Part shown: positions 39,689 to 48,644 of the stretch, piece by piece | Layout: every line of letters starts with the position of its first letter | Numbering within the stretch: position 1 is the stretch's first letter | Assembly: GCA_963820525.1 (NCBI GenBank) | Contig: CAWGAA010000003.1 | Span: 192,001 to 256,000 of the forward strand | Length of the DNA stretch: 64,000 bases | Origin: an uncultured Spirochaetota bacterium | GTDB lineage: Bacteria; Spirochaetota; Spirochaetia; SZUA-6; Fen-1364 | Reading direction: 5' to 3' | The notes under the pieces: model-generated | What the model saw: only the letters and a program-made list of their open reading frames with translations | Told to the model about the DNA's origin: nothing | Databases searched by the model: none | Made by a program: the position numbers and the translations under genes

Positions 39689-41393
39689 CTATGGCTTAAC
39701 GCCCGCCACAAGATTTATTCCTGAACGTGTCTCACCATTGGACAACGAAAAGTTTGGCACTGCTGGAGGATTTGCCCCAGAACCTCCGTAATAGCCAATG
39801 TAATCTCCGGATGAGAATTGGTTATCGTCATCCATATCAACCCAAACCCACAGGTAGAAAGTTCCAGGGATAATGCCAGAAACTGAATAGCTCTGGGTTG
39901 TGCCCGTTCCTGACCAATCTTGTAATGGGGAGTATTGCACAAGGCCAAAGTTGCTATTATAGAGCGTGCTTATGCTTGAAACGATCACAGCCCATGTTTT
40001 GCCGTTAGCATTCCCTGCTGCAATTGTGACCGTCCCATTCACCGATGCGTTCGCTGCGGGGTATGTGCTTAAAGTGATATTAATGTTTGAAAGCGTTCCT
40101 GAAGAGGGGACAACAAGGTTTGGCGCTGAAGGCATCAACACGCCGCTGACACCATACCATCCCAAATAATCCCCCTGTGTGGGCGACAAGCTCGCATCCA
40201 TATCAATAAAGACGGACATAAAGCATGTCCCTGCAGGCACGCTAGAGACTGTATAAGTGGCGGTTGTGCCTGAGCTTCCAAGCAAAGTTCGTATATGCTA
40301 TTACATATGGATTGGTTGGAGAGCTTATTATAATAGAAACGTTTTTCCCGTTTGCATTTGCTGATGGAATTGTCAAAGTTCCCGTGACGCTGGCTGCTGT
40401 ATAGGTGGATAATGCTATATTTTGTATTACCGTTCCCGTGTAAGAAACAGAGACATCCGATGCCGTTCCATAGTAATCGCCGTTGGTAAGCAAGCCATTG
40501 CCATCCATATCAATATGGACTGAAATATCATATATGCCTTCTGGGATATCAGTAGCAGTATATGTGGCTGTCGAATTATTTATCCAGGATAGAAGCACGG
40601 AATAAGAGGTGCCACTTTCAGCTCGGAGAAATGCCGTCCCCCCGCCATATGCGCTCGCGTCTGGTGCCGGAAGAGTCACGGTTCCGGAGACAATTGCTTT
40701 CGGAAGCAGATTGGCCGTCACTTGGTACGTCTGAGTAGTGGTATCACCCGCAGTGACTGTGTAGATCACAGGTACACCATCAGTGAAGGTCTGTGCAACT
40801 CCGCTTCCAGGGTTGACTGATGCGCCGGTAATTTGTATGGATGGTTTTAATGAGATAAGACTCGTACCTGCAGCAACACCGACCGAAACAGTATGATTAT
40901 TATTATCTACCGTTCCAATGAAATCATGCGATAGTGTTGGATTATCAGCCTTCTTGAAAGCAAAGCTAATGATGTTCTTTTCATTTGCTCCAGGCCGTGT
41001 GACAACTATAGTATATGTTATAACTGTTGTTCCATCTTCAGCATTTACTGCTATCGAGATTGTCGTGCTAGAGCCAATAGGTAAGGCAATAGGATTGCAT
41101 GCAGATCCGGATGTAATTGAAATCCCATTAACTTGGATTGTAGCTTTTGAGCTTGTGGCTGTGGGCGTCACTGTTATTGAGAAATCGGCGTAAGATACTG
41201 TCGCATTATAGCTCGTCGTAGCCGAGGCGAAGCTTGGTGTCAATGAGCCCGCAGAAATCTCAATGCCGGAGAGTGTCGCATCACTAGACTTGCTATTTTG
41301 TTGTTGGTTACCACTTGGCATTGAACAAGATAATAATACTATCAATAAAAATATCGAGATGATATAATATATAGATAGTTTATAAAATAACAT
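39689..41393 (-). CDS. Surface lipoprotein with cadherin-like beta-sandwich and three DMD-x-x-GDY modules; +1 frameshift near 40283
   Basis: Lipobox LLSC; SSDATLS...LTPSF...TSY; DMDGNG..GDY, DMDASL..GDY, DMDDDN..GDY. ORFs 40242-41393 and 39689-40285 join if one base is removed. Confidence 0.75.
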
Positions 41394-41628
41394 TTTAGTC
41401 CTCTCTTTTTTTAAAAGAAATCGTTCTTAAGACTGAGTAACGCGTTTATAACATGGAGTACTTGAGAATGCAAGGAATATTTTTCGAAGGTATCACTATG
41501 ATACCTTCGAGTAGGACCTCACTGAACACAACTCATTTAAAGACCGCATTATATTTGTCAGTTTCGCTGGGGCTGTAAGGAATTTTATTTGCCTTCGGTG
41601 GCCACTTATTAAGCGACAACGCGCGCCC

Positions 41629-41975
41629 ACTATGCCCACTGCTGACCTTCTGTCCACCCATCCCCCTCGCCTCGCGGCAGGGGTAGCTCATCGAGCAGAT
41701 GGACAGATCTCACAGGGTAATGCGCACCCACCTGCCCGCTTATGTCCGCTGCATCTACTTTCATGAGTTCCGTACAGGTATTGGACTTTGAGTTTAATAG
41801 CCCTCTTGTCCCTTATAGCTGCCTCATGCAGTTTCTGTTCGTCAGGCCAGTGCTTTGCCTGCGGCTTCTTGGGATTCCGCCTCGCGACGGACAACCTTGC
41901 CGCCCGGCTAACTGTTCCCCTGTCAGGCTAGTAGAGGACTTTCGCCTCCAAGTGAGTGCGCCCTGCCGGGCGCAC
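41629..41975 (-). mobile_element. Group IIC intron 5' fragment (domains I to partial III; no ORF, DV or DVI)
   Basis: Starts GTGCGCCCGGCAGGGCGCA. Colinear with the 5' region of the neighbouring intron (GACGAACAGAAACTG; GTCAGCA...GGGCATAGT), then breaks off. Confidence 0.8.
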
Positions 41976-42069
41976 CACTAAATCGACATAGGTAGACCCT
42001 CACGGGTTTTCCCTGTCACACCACCGTACATGCGGGTCTCGCATACGGCGGTTCGGTGGGATTGAGCGC

Positions 42070-43073
42070 TCAGGAAACAAGCGCCGGGAGTCCGAGGGAG
42101 TCAAAGAAAGCATTCGGTAGCGCACGGGTCAGAGCGGGGCTGTTGCTCAGCCTCCATGGTCCGTGCGCACTCCCTACCGTCTCTGCGGCAAGGTCTACAC
42201 TGATCCCCCGGTTCCTTAGCTCTTTGAAGCGGATCTTTCCACGCCTCCACTGCTTCCAGAGGAAGCAGCGCAGCCGCCTTCGGGTCCACCCGTCCAACGT
42301 GCTGAGTATGCTGGGGGTCTCGCAGAATCCGAAGTAGCCCCGCCATCCGATCATGTACCTGCGAAGCTCTCCTATCATCCGCTCGATACTGATTCCGCGT
42401 GTTCGCCGCGTCAGCTCACGAATTCGTTCCTTGAAGCGGAGGATGGATTGGGGCGCCATACGCCTCCTGATCACCTCCCCGCTGGTGAAGCTGAATCCGA
42501 GAAACTTCCGATTCCTTGGCCGCGCCACCGCGCTCTTTGATTCGTTCACCTTGAGCTTGAGCCTTCGAGTGAGAAAGCGCTTCACGCCTTCCATCACCCG
42601 TTGACCCGCTCGCTCGCTCTTCACGTAGATATTGCAATCATCCGCGTAGCGAACGAAACGGTGTCTGCGTTGCTCCAGCTCTCGGTCTAGCTCGTCGAGC
42701 AGCAGGTTGGAAAGAAGGGGGGAGAGGGGTCCGCCTTGCGGCGTGCCTTCCCCCGTCGGTCCCACTAGTCCGTTCTCCATCACTCCAGAGTTCAGAAACC
42801 CTCGGATCAGTTTCAGCATACGCTTGTCACTGATCCTTTTGGCTACGCGACTCATCAACACGTCGTGGTTCACACGGTCGAAGAACTTCTCCAAGTCAAT
42901 GTCCACGACCCAGTCGTAGCCTTGCTGGATGTACTCTTGCGCCTTCACCACTGCCTGGTGTGCCGATCGCCCAGGCCTGAATCCGAAGCTGAACTCGCTG
43001 AACGTGGGGTCCCACCGCTTTTGCAGCACCTGCAGCACCGCCTGTTGCACGAATCGGTCTCCCACCGTCGGGA
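42070..43073 (-). pseudogene. ltrA: Group II intron reverse transcriptase/maturase, 3' part
   Basis: PTVGDRFVQQA, DIDLEKFFDRV, GTPQGGPLSPLL, RYADD, GWRGYF; no endonuclease domain. Confidence 0.93.
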
Positions 43074-43385
43074 CGGTCAACGCTAAACGCACTCTTGCAC
43101 AACGCCGATTTGGGATCGGCCAAAGTCACCCACCCCTTCCATCCGCTCCGTCACCAAAGCTTTAAAATCCTCAAGACACGGAAGGTCGCAGGAATGGATA
43201 CCCTGATCCTTCAAGGAACTGAAAATGGTACATTCGCCGTTCCTCGGGAATGGACCGATCAAGCAGACCCATGCCTATTCGATTCACGCAAACGAGCTGT
43301 CCCTATCTTCTCCTTCTCCTGTCTCCGAGAGTTGCTCGACCTGGTCGATCGAATTGGGAACGGAAAAAATTGCGAAAGGTATTGA
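43074..43385 (+). CDS. Small element protein (DUF5372-like, VTHPFHPL), with no strong start in the integrated state
   Basis: VTHPFHPL...VPREWTD. The frame is open back to the left junction; only TTG codons lie upstream of the motif. Confidence 0.7.
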   Translation, partial: RSTLNALLHNADLGSAKVTHPFHPLRHQSFKILKTRKVAGMDTLILQGTENGTFAVPREWTDQADPCLFDSRKRAVPIFSFSCLRELLDLVDRIGNGKNCERY

Positions 43386-43436
43386 CAAATGCATAAAGCC
43401 TTAGTAGAATCTGTACAGTTTATTAACTGTACAGAT
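43382..43436 (+). promoter_or_regulatory. Sigma70 promoter with overlapping palindromic operator
   Basis: TTGACA (43382)-17 nt-TAGAAT (43405); 12-bp IR ATCTGTACAGTT-tatt-AACTGTACAGAT at 43409-43436. Confidence 0.8.
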
Positions 43437-43776
43437 GAACCTACAGGAAAAATCGACAACCTTCTTACGAAGAAGGCGAACCTCCCTCCTCACCCAGGTA
43501 GCCGCTATCGACCCCCACATCCTCCGTGGCTCTCTCATCGAACGCTACATCCGTTGTGGAAAACCAGAATGCAAGTGCGCACGGGGCTCTGGTCATGGCC
43601 CCAAGTACTACCTGTCCGTCAGTTATCCCGATCAGAAACCCCAGCAAGACTACGTTCCTCAGCAATTCCAGAAACTCGTTGTACAGTCTCTCGCCAACTA
43701 CCAAAAACTGAAAACCCGCATAGAAACCATTTGCGACATCAATCGGGAACTCCTGCGAAGGAGGGAAGAGTCCTAA
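43435..43776 (+). CDS. Small Cys/His protein (DUF6788-like), possibly zinc-binding
   Basis: LRGSL.ERY.RCGKPECKCARG.GHGP.YYLS pattern seen in mobile-element accessory proteins. Confidence 0.75.
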   Translation: MNLQEKSTTFLRRRRTSLLTQVAAIDPHILRGSLIERYIRCGKPECKCARGSGHGPKYYLSVSYPDQKPQQDYVPQQFQKLVVQSLANYQKLKTRIETICDINRELLRRREES

Positions 43777-44341
43777 ACCACCCCCGACTTAAGTCGGGGG
43801 GTTTGCGCTTGTCGGCTAAAGCCGACTGGGGCCGACATCACGGTTCTACTTTGAAGTCGGCATCTTGGTCCCGCTCTGTGTCCTGCTGATTCTCGATGTA
43901 GCGGGCGATCATCTCTTCGGTCACGTTCCCTGTGCTCGCCACGAAATACCCGCGGGCCCAAAGATGCCTGCCCCAGAATGTTTTGTTCAACCCTTTGTTT
44001 TCCATGAGCAGCTTCCGTGATGTCAGCCCCTTCATGCGCTGCACGAGCCTGGATACCGATAGAGTCGGCGGCACGCTCAGCAGCAGATGCACGTGATCGC
44101 GGCTGATGTTCCCTTTCACGATCTCTACGTCCAGGCTCGCGCAAATCATTCGTATCAGATCTCTTACGCGGGTTCCTATCTCTTTCCCCAACACTGGCTT
44201 GCGGTACTTGGTGATCCACACTATATGATACTTCAAATCATAGACGCAGTGCGACGCTTTTCGATACTGCTTCATCGTACCGCAAGCCTACTAAAGTCTT
44301 CGTCTAAAGACGAGGGGGTTTCTCCCCGTAGGAGACTCTAA
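43773..44341 (-). mobile_element. IS200/IS605-family element (tnpA only)
   Basis: Subterminal hairpins at 43781-43800, 43811-43826 and 44300-44313; CTAA at both junctions. Confidence 0.88.
43838..44275 (-). CDS. tnpA: IS200-family Y1 (HUH) transposase
   Basis: YHIVWITKYRK, DHVHLL, WARGYF, YIENQ. Confidence 0.95.
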   Translation of the reverse strand: MKQYRKASHCVYDLKYHIVWITKYRKPVLGKEIGTRVRDLIRMICASLDVEIVKGNISRDHVHLLLSVPPTLSVSRLVQRMKGLTSRKLLMENKGLNKTFWGRHLWARGYFVASTGNVTEEMIARYIENQQDTERDQDADFKVEP

Positions 44342-44471
44342 CAGATGGATGCCTCGCTCTCCAGCCAGATTCCCGTCGATATCGAGGCCGTCGCAACAAT
44401 CCTGGCCAATATGCTCCATGGTCATTTGGCTACGAGCAAAGGTTGCACGATGGATCTTTGGGAGGATATCG

Positions 44472-46541
44472 ATGATGACGAAAATCACTGCGACCCATAC
44501 AGACCGAATGGCGTATGTCTACCTGCGCCAATCGACCATGGGGCAGGTCCTCCACCATCAGGAGAGTACCGAAAGGCAATATGCTCTGAAGAACCGCGCC
44601 TTGCAATGCGGTTGGACGACAGACAAAATCAGAGTCTTGGATGGCGACCTGGGCATCTCGGGCGCCCACATGACCAATCGGGAGGACTTCAAGTCCTTGG
44701 TCGCGGACGTCTCCCTGAACAAGGTGGGGGCGATCTTCGCCCTAGAAGCCTCACGACTGTCCCGTTCCTCCAACGATTGGAATCGCCTCTTCGAGTTGTG
44801 TTCACTCACCGATACTCTGATAATCGACGAGGACGGATGTTACAACCCCACCGATTTCAACGACCAGCTGCTGCTGGGCTTGAAGGGGATGATGTCGCAA
44901 GCCGAATTGCACTTCATCCGCGCCCGCCTCCAAGGGGGAAAACTGAACAAGGCCAAGCGAGGGGCGCTTCATTTCCCCCTACCCGTCGGATACTGCTACG
45001 ATGAGGAAGGCACGATCGTTCTGGACTCCGACGAGGAGGTCCGCAGTGTCGTGAAGCTTATGTTTGATACATTCCAGCAGACCGGTAGCGGCTACGCGGT
45101 TGTCAAAAAGTTCACCCATCTGAACCTGAAGTTTCCCAAACGTGCCTACGGAGGAGTCTGGAAGGGCAAGCTCATCTGGGGACGACTGACATACGAGCGA
45201 GTGCACGGTATCCTGAAGAACCCTTCCTATGCGGGCGTGTACGTGTACGGACGCTACAAATACAGAAAAATCCTATCGACAGACGGCGGCATTTGCTCCA
45301 AAATAGAGTCCGTGCCGATGTCCCGCTGGCAGGTGACCATCAAGGACCATCATGAGGGCTATATCAGTTGGGATCAATTCCTTCACAACAACATGATCCT
45401 GCAGCAGAACCAGACCAACGGGATTGAAACGATGCTCCCTTCTGCTGCCAGAGAGGGAATCGCCCTTCTTCAAGGCATGCTCATTTGCGGAATCTGCGGG
45501 CGACGCCTGACCGTCCGCTACCAAGGCAACGGGGGGCTCTATCCCATCTACGAATGTAACTGGCGCAGACGGGAAGGGCTGGCGGATAAATCCTGCATGA
45601 TGTTCCGCTGCGATATCGCCGATGAGACAATAAGCGTACGCCTCCTCGAAGTATTGAAGCCGGAGCAGTTTGAGCTCGCGCTGAAGGCGATGGAAGAGGT
45701 CGAGAATCGGAACAAGGCGATTGATGCGCAATGGCGTATGAGAGTTCAAAGGGCCGACTACGAAGCGTCCCTGGCCCAAAGGCGATATGAAGAAGTCGAT
45801 CCGTCCAATCGCCTGGTCGCATCCACGTTGGAGAAACGCTGGAATGAGGCTCTCATAAACCTCGAGCAGGTCAAGCAGCAGCATCGGGAGTTCAGCCAAA
45901 AAGAGCAGATGGTAATGACTTCTGAGCAACGGCAGAAGGTATTCGCTCTGGCGCTGGATCTGCCACGTCTTTGGAAGGCGCCAACGACCCAGGCAAAGGA
46001 TCGAAAGCGCATCCTCAGGTTGCTTATCAAGGACATCACTGTTCAAAAGCTTGCCGAACCGAAAAAGCTCATCTTGCACGTGCGCTGGCAGGGGGGTGCC
46101 ACGCAAGACATCTCATGCGATTTGCCTCCAAAGGCGTGTGACAAAATCCGGTATGGGCAGGAGATTGTCCAGAAGGTCAAAGATCTCGCGAAAAATATGC
46201 GAGATGATCAAATAGCCGAGGTATTCAATAAAGAGGGACTGATCAGCTCGAAAGGAGGACAGTTCACGGAATCTAAGATACGTAATATCCGGAGTACCCA
46301 TGCTATTCCCTCGCCCAAACTGAAACATCCGGAAGAACTCACTATCAAAGAAGTCGCCGACAAGTTTAAGGTTAGTACGCAGGTCGTCTATTATTGGATA
46401 GAACGAGGATATGTGACAGCTCGAAAAACGAAGTATGGGTTACCGTTCTGGATCACACTTAAAAACCAAGATGAAGAAATACTCCGAAGACGTGTCGCTG
46501 AGTCATATAAACTCAACGAGGTGAAAACTTCACATTCCTAA
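44472..46541 (+). CDS. Large serine recombinase (resolvase, recombinase, zinc ribbon, coiled coil, C-terminal HTH)
   Basis: AYVYLRQST, D.GISG, EASRLSR, ILKNPSYAG, LLQGMLICGICG, LTIKEVADKFKVSTQVVYYWIERG; GGAGG SD before ATG 44472. Confidence 0.95.
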   Translation: MMTKITATHTDRMAYVYLRQSTMGQVLHHQESTERQYALKNRALQCGWTTDKIRVLDGDLGISGAHMTNREDFKSLVADVSLNKVGAIFALEASRLSRSSNDWNRLFELCSLTDTLIIDEDGCYNPTDFNDQLLLGLKGMMSQAELHFIRARLQGGKLNKAKRGALHFPLPVGYCYDEEGTIVLDSDEEVRSVVKLMFDTFQQTGSGYAVVKKFTHLNLKFPKRAYGGVWKGKLIWGRLTYERVHGILKNPSYAGVYVYGRYKYRKILSTDGGICSKIESVPMSRWQVTIKDHHEGYISWDQFLHNNMILQQNQTNGIETMLPSAAREGIALLQGMLICGICGRRLTVRYQGNGGLYPIYECNWRRREGLADKSCMMFRCDIADETISVRLLEVLKPEQFELALKAMEEVENRNKAIDAQWRMRVQRADYEASLAQRRYEEVDPSNRLVASTLEKRWNEALINLEQVKQQHREFSQKEQMVMTSEQRQKVFALALDLPRLWKAPTTQAKDRKRILRLLIKDITVQKLAEPKKLILHVRWQGGATQDISCDLPPKACDKIRYGQEIVQKVKDLAKNMRDDQIAEVFNKEGLISSKGGQFTESKIRNIRSTHAIPSPKLKHPEELTIKEVADKFKVSTQVVYYWIERGYVTARKTKYGLPFWITLKNQDEEILRRRVAESYKLNEVKTSHS

Positions 46542-46570
46542 AGGCTGATATAGGAGGTGCAGTATGAATA

Positions 46571-46948
46571 CACCGTCGGGATGCCGAGTTTCCTCGTGCC
46601 TCCTCCCGCCTTGGGTATCTCCACTCGTCTCACGGGCTGGGGCTTGTACGCGCCCGCAATAAGCTGCTCCTTCAGTCGCGGCCAGTTCTCCCGCAGGAAC
46701 TCAGGTAGTTCCTTGACGCTCATGCCGTCAATCCCTGCCGCCCCTGCGTTGGCTTTCACGCGTCTCAGTGCTTCCTTCAGGTTCTCCTTCTCGCATGCCT
46801 CCTCGATCAGCTTGTCCGTGTTCGCTTGGCTTTCCGCGCTGAGTTTCGCCGTCGTGGATTCGATCCCTTTCTTGGGCGTCACAGGGGCTTCACCCCTTGC
46901 CTCGCCCTCGAAGGCCAGTTCATGCTGGATTTTCTGTCGCTTGTCCAC
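46571..46948 (-). pseudogene. ltrA: Group II intron reverse transcriptase/maturase, 5' part
   Basis: NL..A.RRVKAN.GAAGIDG, YKPQPVRRVEIPKAGGGTRKLGIPTV. Confidence 0.93.
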
Positions 46949-47358
46949 TCCGAGTCGCTCCCCCTACTCGCCTTCCCGCCGTTCGGGCCTTCGGGTCAAC
47001 AACCCTACTATGCCCTTTGCTGACTTCTGACAGGCGATCAGAGACTCTCGCGAATCCCTCAGTCCCGATTCCAGGACACCTGCCAGATCTCCTGGGGTAA
47101 GCTCACCCGCCTTCGGCGCACAACCGCTGGATTTACAACCCGAGCCCTTGATGGATATGGGCTTGTCGGTCATTTGCCCGCTCGCCCGACTCGGTATGCC
47201 TCCTATCCAGTTTCTGTTCGTCGGCTCGCGCCTTTGCTCTACGCTTCTTTCGGACACGCTCTCGCGAGATAGGTGCCCTTGCGCTTCGCTACGCCTTCAC
47301 CTCCATCAGGTTGGCGAGGGGACTTCCACCCCAAAGCTGGTGAACATGCCCAGCACAC

Positions 47359-47393
47359 AAAAAAGCCGGCGACGCGTGGGCGCCGCCGGCTTT
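47359..47393 (-). terminator. Rho-independent terminator; intron target site
   Basis: AAAGCCGGCGGCG-ccca-CGCGTCGCCGGC-TTTTTT downstream of the gene at 47412-48542. Confidence 0.88.
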
Positions 47394-47411
47394 CGCATCC
47401 ATGCAAATCCG

Positions 47412-48542
47412 TCAGTATGCGATGCCAACGCCAACGGCGATGCCCGTCAACAGGAGATCCTGACCAGCGGGAAAGAAGTCTGAGGTTGTGAAGGTCATCG
47501 ATGTAATAGTAAACTTAGAGCTCAAAGTGAGAAAGTTGAATAGAATGATATCAAGACCGGCTTCAGCACCATAGCAGAAATCTCCTTGAGAACTTCCCGG
47601 AGAAGGGATAATCCAGAATGATCCATAAGTAACCGTTTGATACCCTATAACTACTCCGAGGTATGCCTGGAAACTCCCGCCTATGGGTAAACCGATTCCC
47701 GCGCCTATCAAGCCATCGAAAACATCGTAGAAGCCGTAACTAGTGCCTGACACATCTATCTGCTCGCTTGCTCCATCGATGGCGGCTGAAAGGTAAAATA
47801 TATCGCCAAAGGCTTGCAGCCAATGCACGCTCCAGCCCAAAGCTGAAATCGATTCCGAACTCACTGTGTAGCTGAGGAGATAGGAGTCAACCTGTCCGGA
47901 AGGTATAGGATATGTGAAGGTCAAGATCAGATGCGACTTCAGCCCAGCGCTCGGCTTCCGCGGCGTTGGAGCCGGGGCCTTCGGTGCCGGCGCCGGCTCA
48001 GGCTCAGGAGTCGGCTTGGGTGCCGGTGCCGGAGCTGCAGTCGGCTCTTCGGCCACCTGCACGGACTCCTTGGCGCCGACCGAGAGCTTCTTTCCAACCA
48101 CCTGGGCGATCTGGAGGGTAACGGCGATCCCGCCCTCCGACTCGTAGGAGGCCTGGGCGGTGATCTCCCCGGTCTTGATGTCTATCATTTTGGCGCTGAC
48201 GAAGTACGTTTGCCCCACCTGGGAAACCCGGCCGACGACGACGTAGGTTGCGCCGAGTCGGGAATTGAGCTGCTCTCCCGCCTTCTTGATGTCGGCATCG
48301 CTCACAAGACCCGACATCTGGAACTCGATCTCCTTGAGGCTCTGTCCCACCGTTGTTCTGTCAAGCACGGTGTACTTGCCCGAGTTCACGAGCTCTTCGC
48401 TGATCTTCTCCGTGACGCCGATGGAAACGTTCTTGTCCATGTTCTCGGGCAGAACGGCATCGAGCACGGCCACTTTCGGCAAAGCCGCCAGGGAGGCGGC
48501 GCAGGCCACGAGCAGGAGGAGGACGATTATCCTGGCTTTCAT
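47412..48542 (-). CDS. Exported CsgG/TolB-N-like domain, Pro-rich linker and putative outer-membrane beta-barrel
   Basis: Signal peptide; VAVLD...ELVNSGKYTVLDR...EIEFQMSG; PAPAP linker; amphipathic strands ending VGIAY. Confidence 0.7.
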   Translation of the reverse strand: MKARIIVLLLLVACAASLAALPKVAVLDAVLPENMDKNVSIGVTEKISEELVNSGKYTVLDRTTVGQSLKEIEFQMSGLVSDADIKKAGEQLNSRLGATYVVVGRVSQVGQTYFVSAKMIDIKTGEITAQASYESEGGIAVTLQIAQVVGKKLSVGAKESVQVAEEPTAAPAPAPKPTPEPEPAPAPKAPAPTPRKPSAGLKSHLILTFTYPIPSGQVDSYLLSYTVSSESISALGWSVHWLQAFGDIFYLSAAIDGASEQIDVSGTSYGFYDVFDGLIGAGIGLPIGGSFQAYLGVVIGYQTVTYGSFWIIPSPGSSQGDFCYGAEAGLDIILFNFLTLSSKFTITSMTFTTSDFFPAGQDLLLTGIAVGVGIAY

Positions 48543-48644
48543 TTGCAGCTCCTTTTTCAGGCGTTTCGGCGCTTTCTCATAATGATAGCCCGTTTTTTTC
48601 AATCCCGCAAGGGTGCGCTGTCGGCGGAGCGTTTCCGGGGCCTG

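Larger units (their letters stand above)
43063..46581 (+). mobile_element. Integrative large-serine-recombinase element (~3.5 kb)
   Basis: 11-bp direct repeat CACCGTCGGGA at 43063-43073 and 46571-46581; removal restores LGIPTVGDR of the RT. Confidence 0.92.
41982..47358 (-). mobile_element. Group IIC intron with RT ORF interrupted by an LSR element
   Basis: 5' GTGTG directly after a terminator U-tract. Short domain V GAACCGCCGTATGCGAGACCCGCATGTACGGTGGTGT (42018-42054), then DVI ending CCTATGTCGAT. Confidence 0.92.

Noticed and set aside
43411..43434. LexA SOS box
   Set aside because: Spacing does not fit CTGT-N8-ACAG.
44345..45004. 219-aa ORF overlapping the recombinase
   Set aside because: Mostly out-of-frame overlap. 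The first ~45 codons might be a real small gene, but this cannot be supported from sequence alone.
42070..46948. RT as part of a DGR, retron or defence system
   Set aside because: It has YADD, a maturase domain, DV/DVI and a GTGTG 5' end typical of group IIC introns; no TR/VR pair seen.
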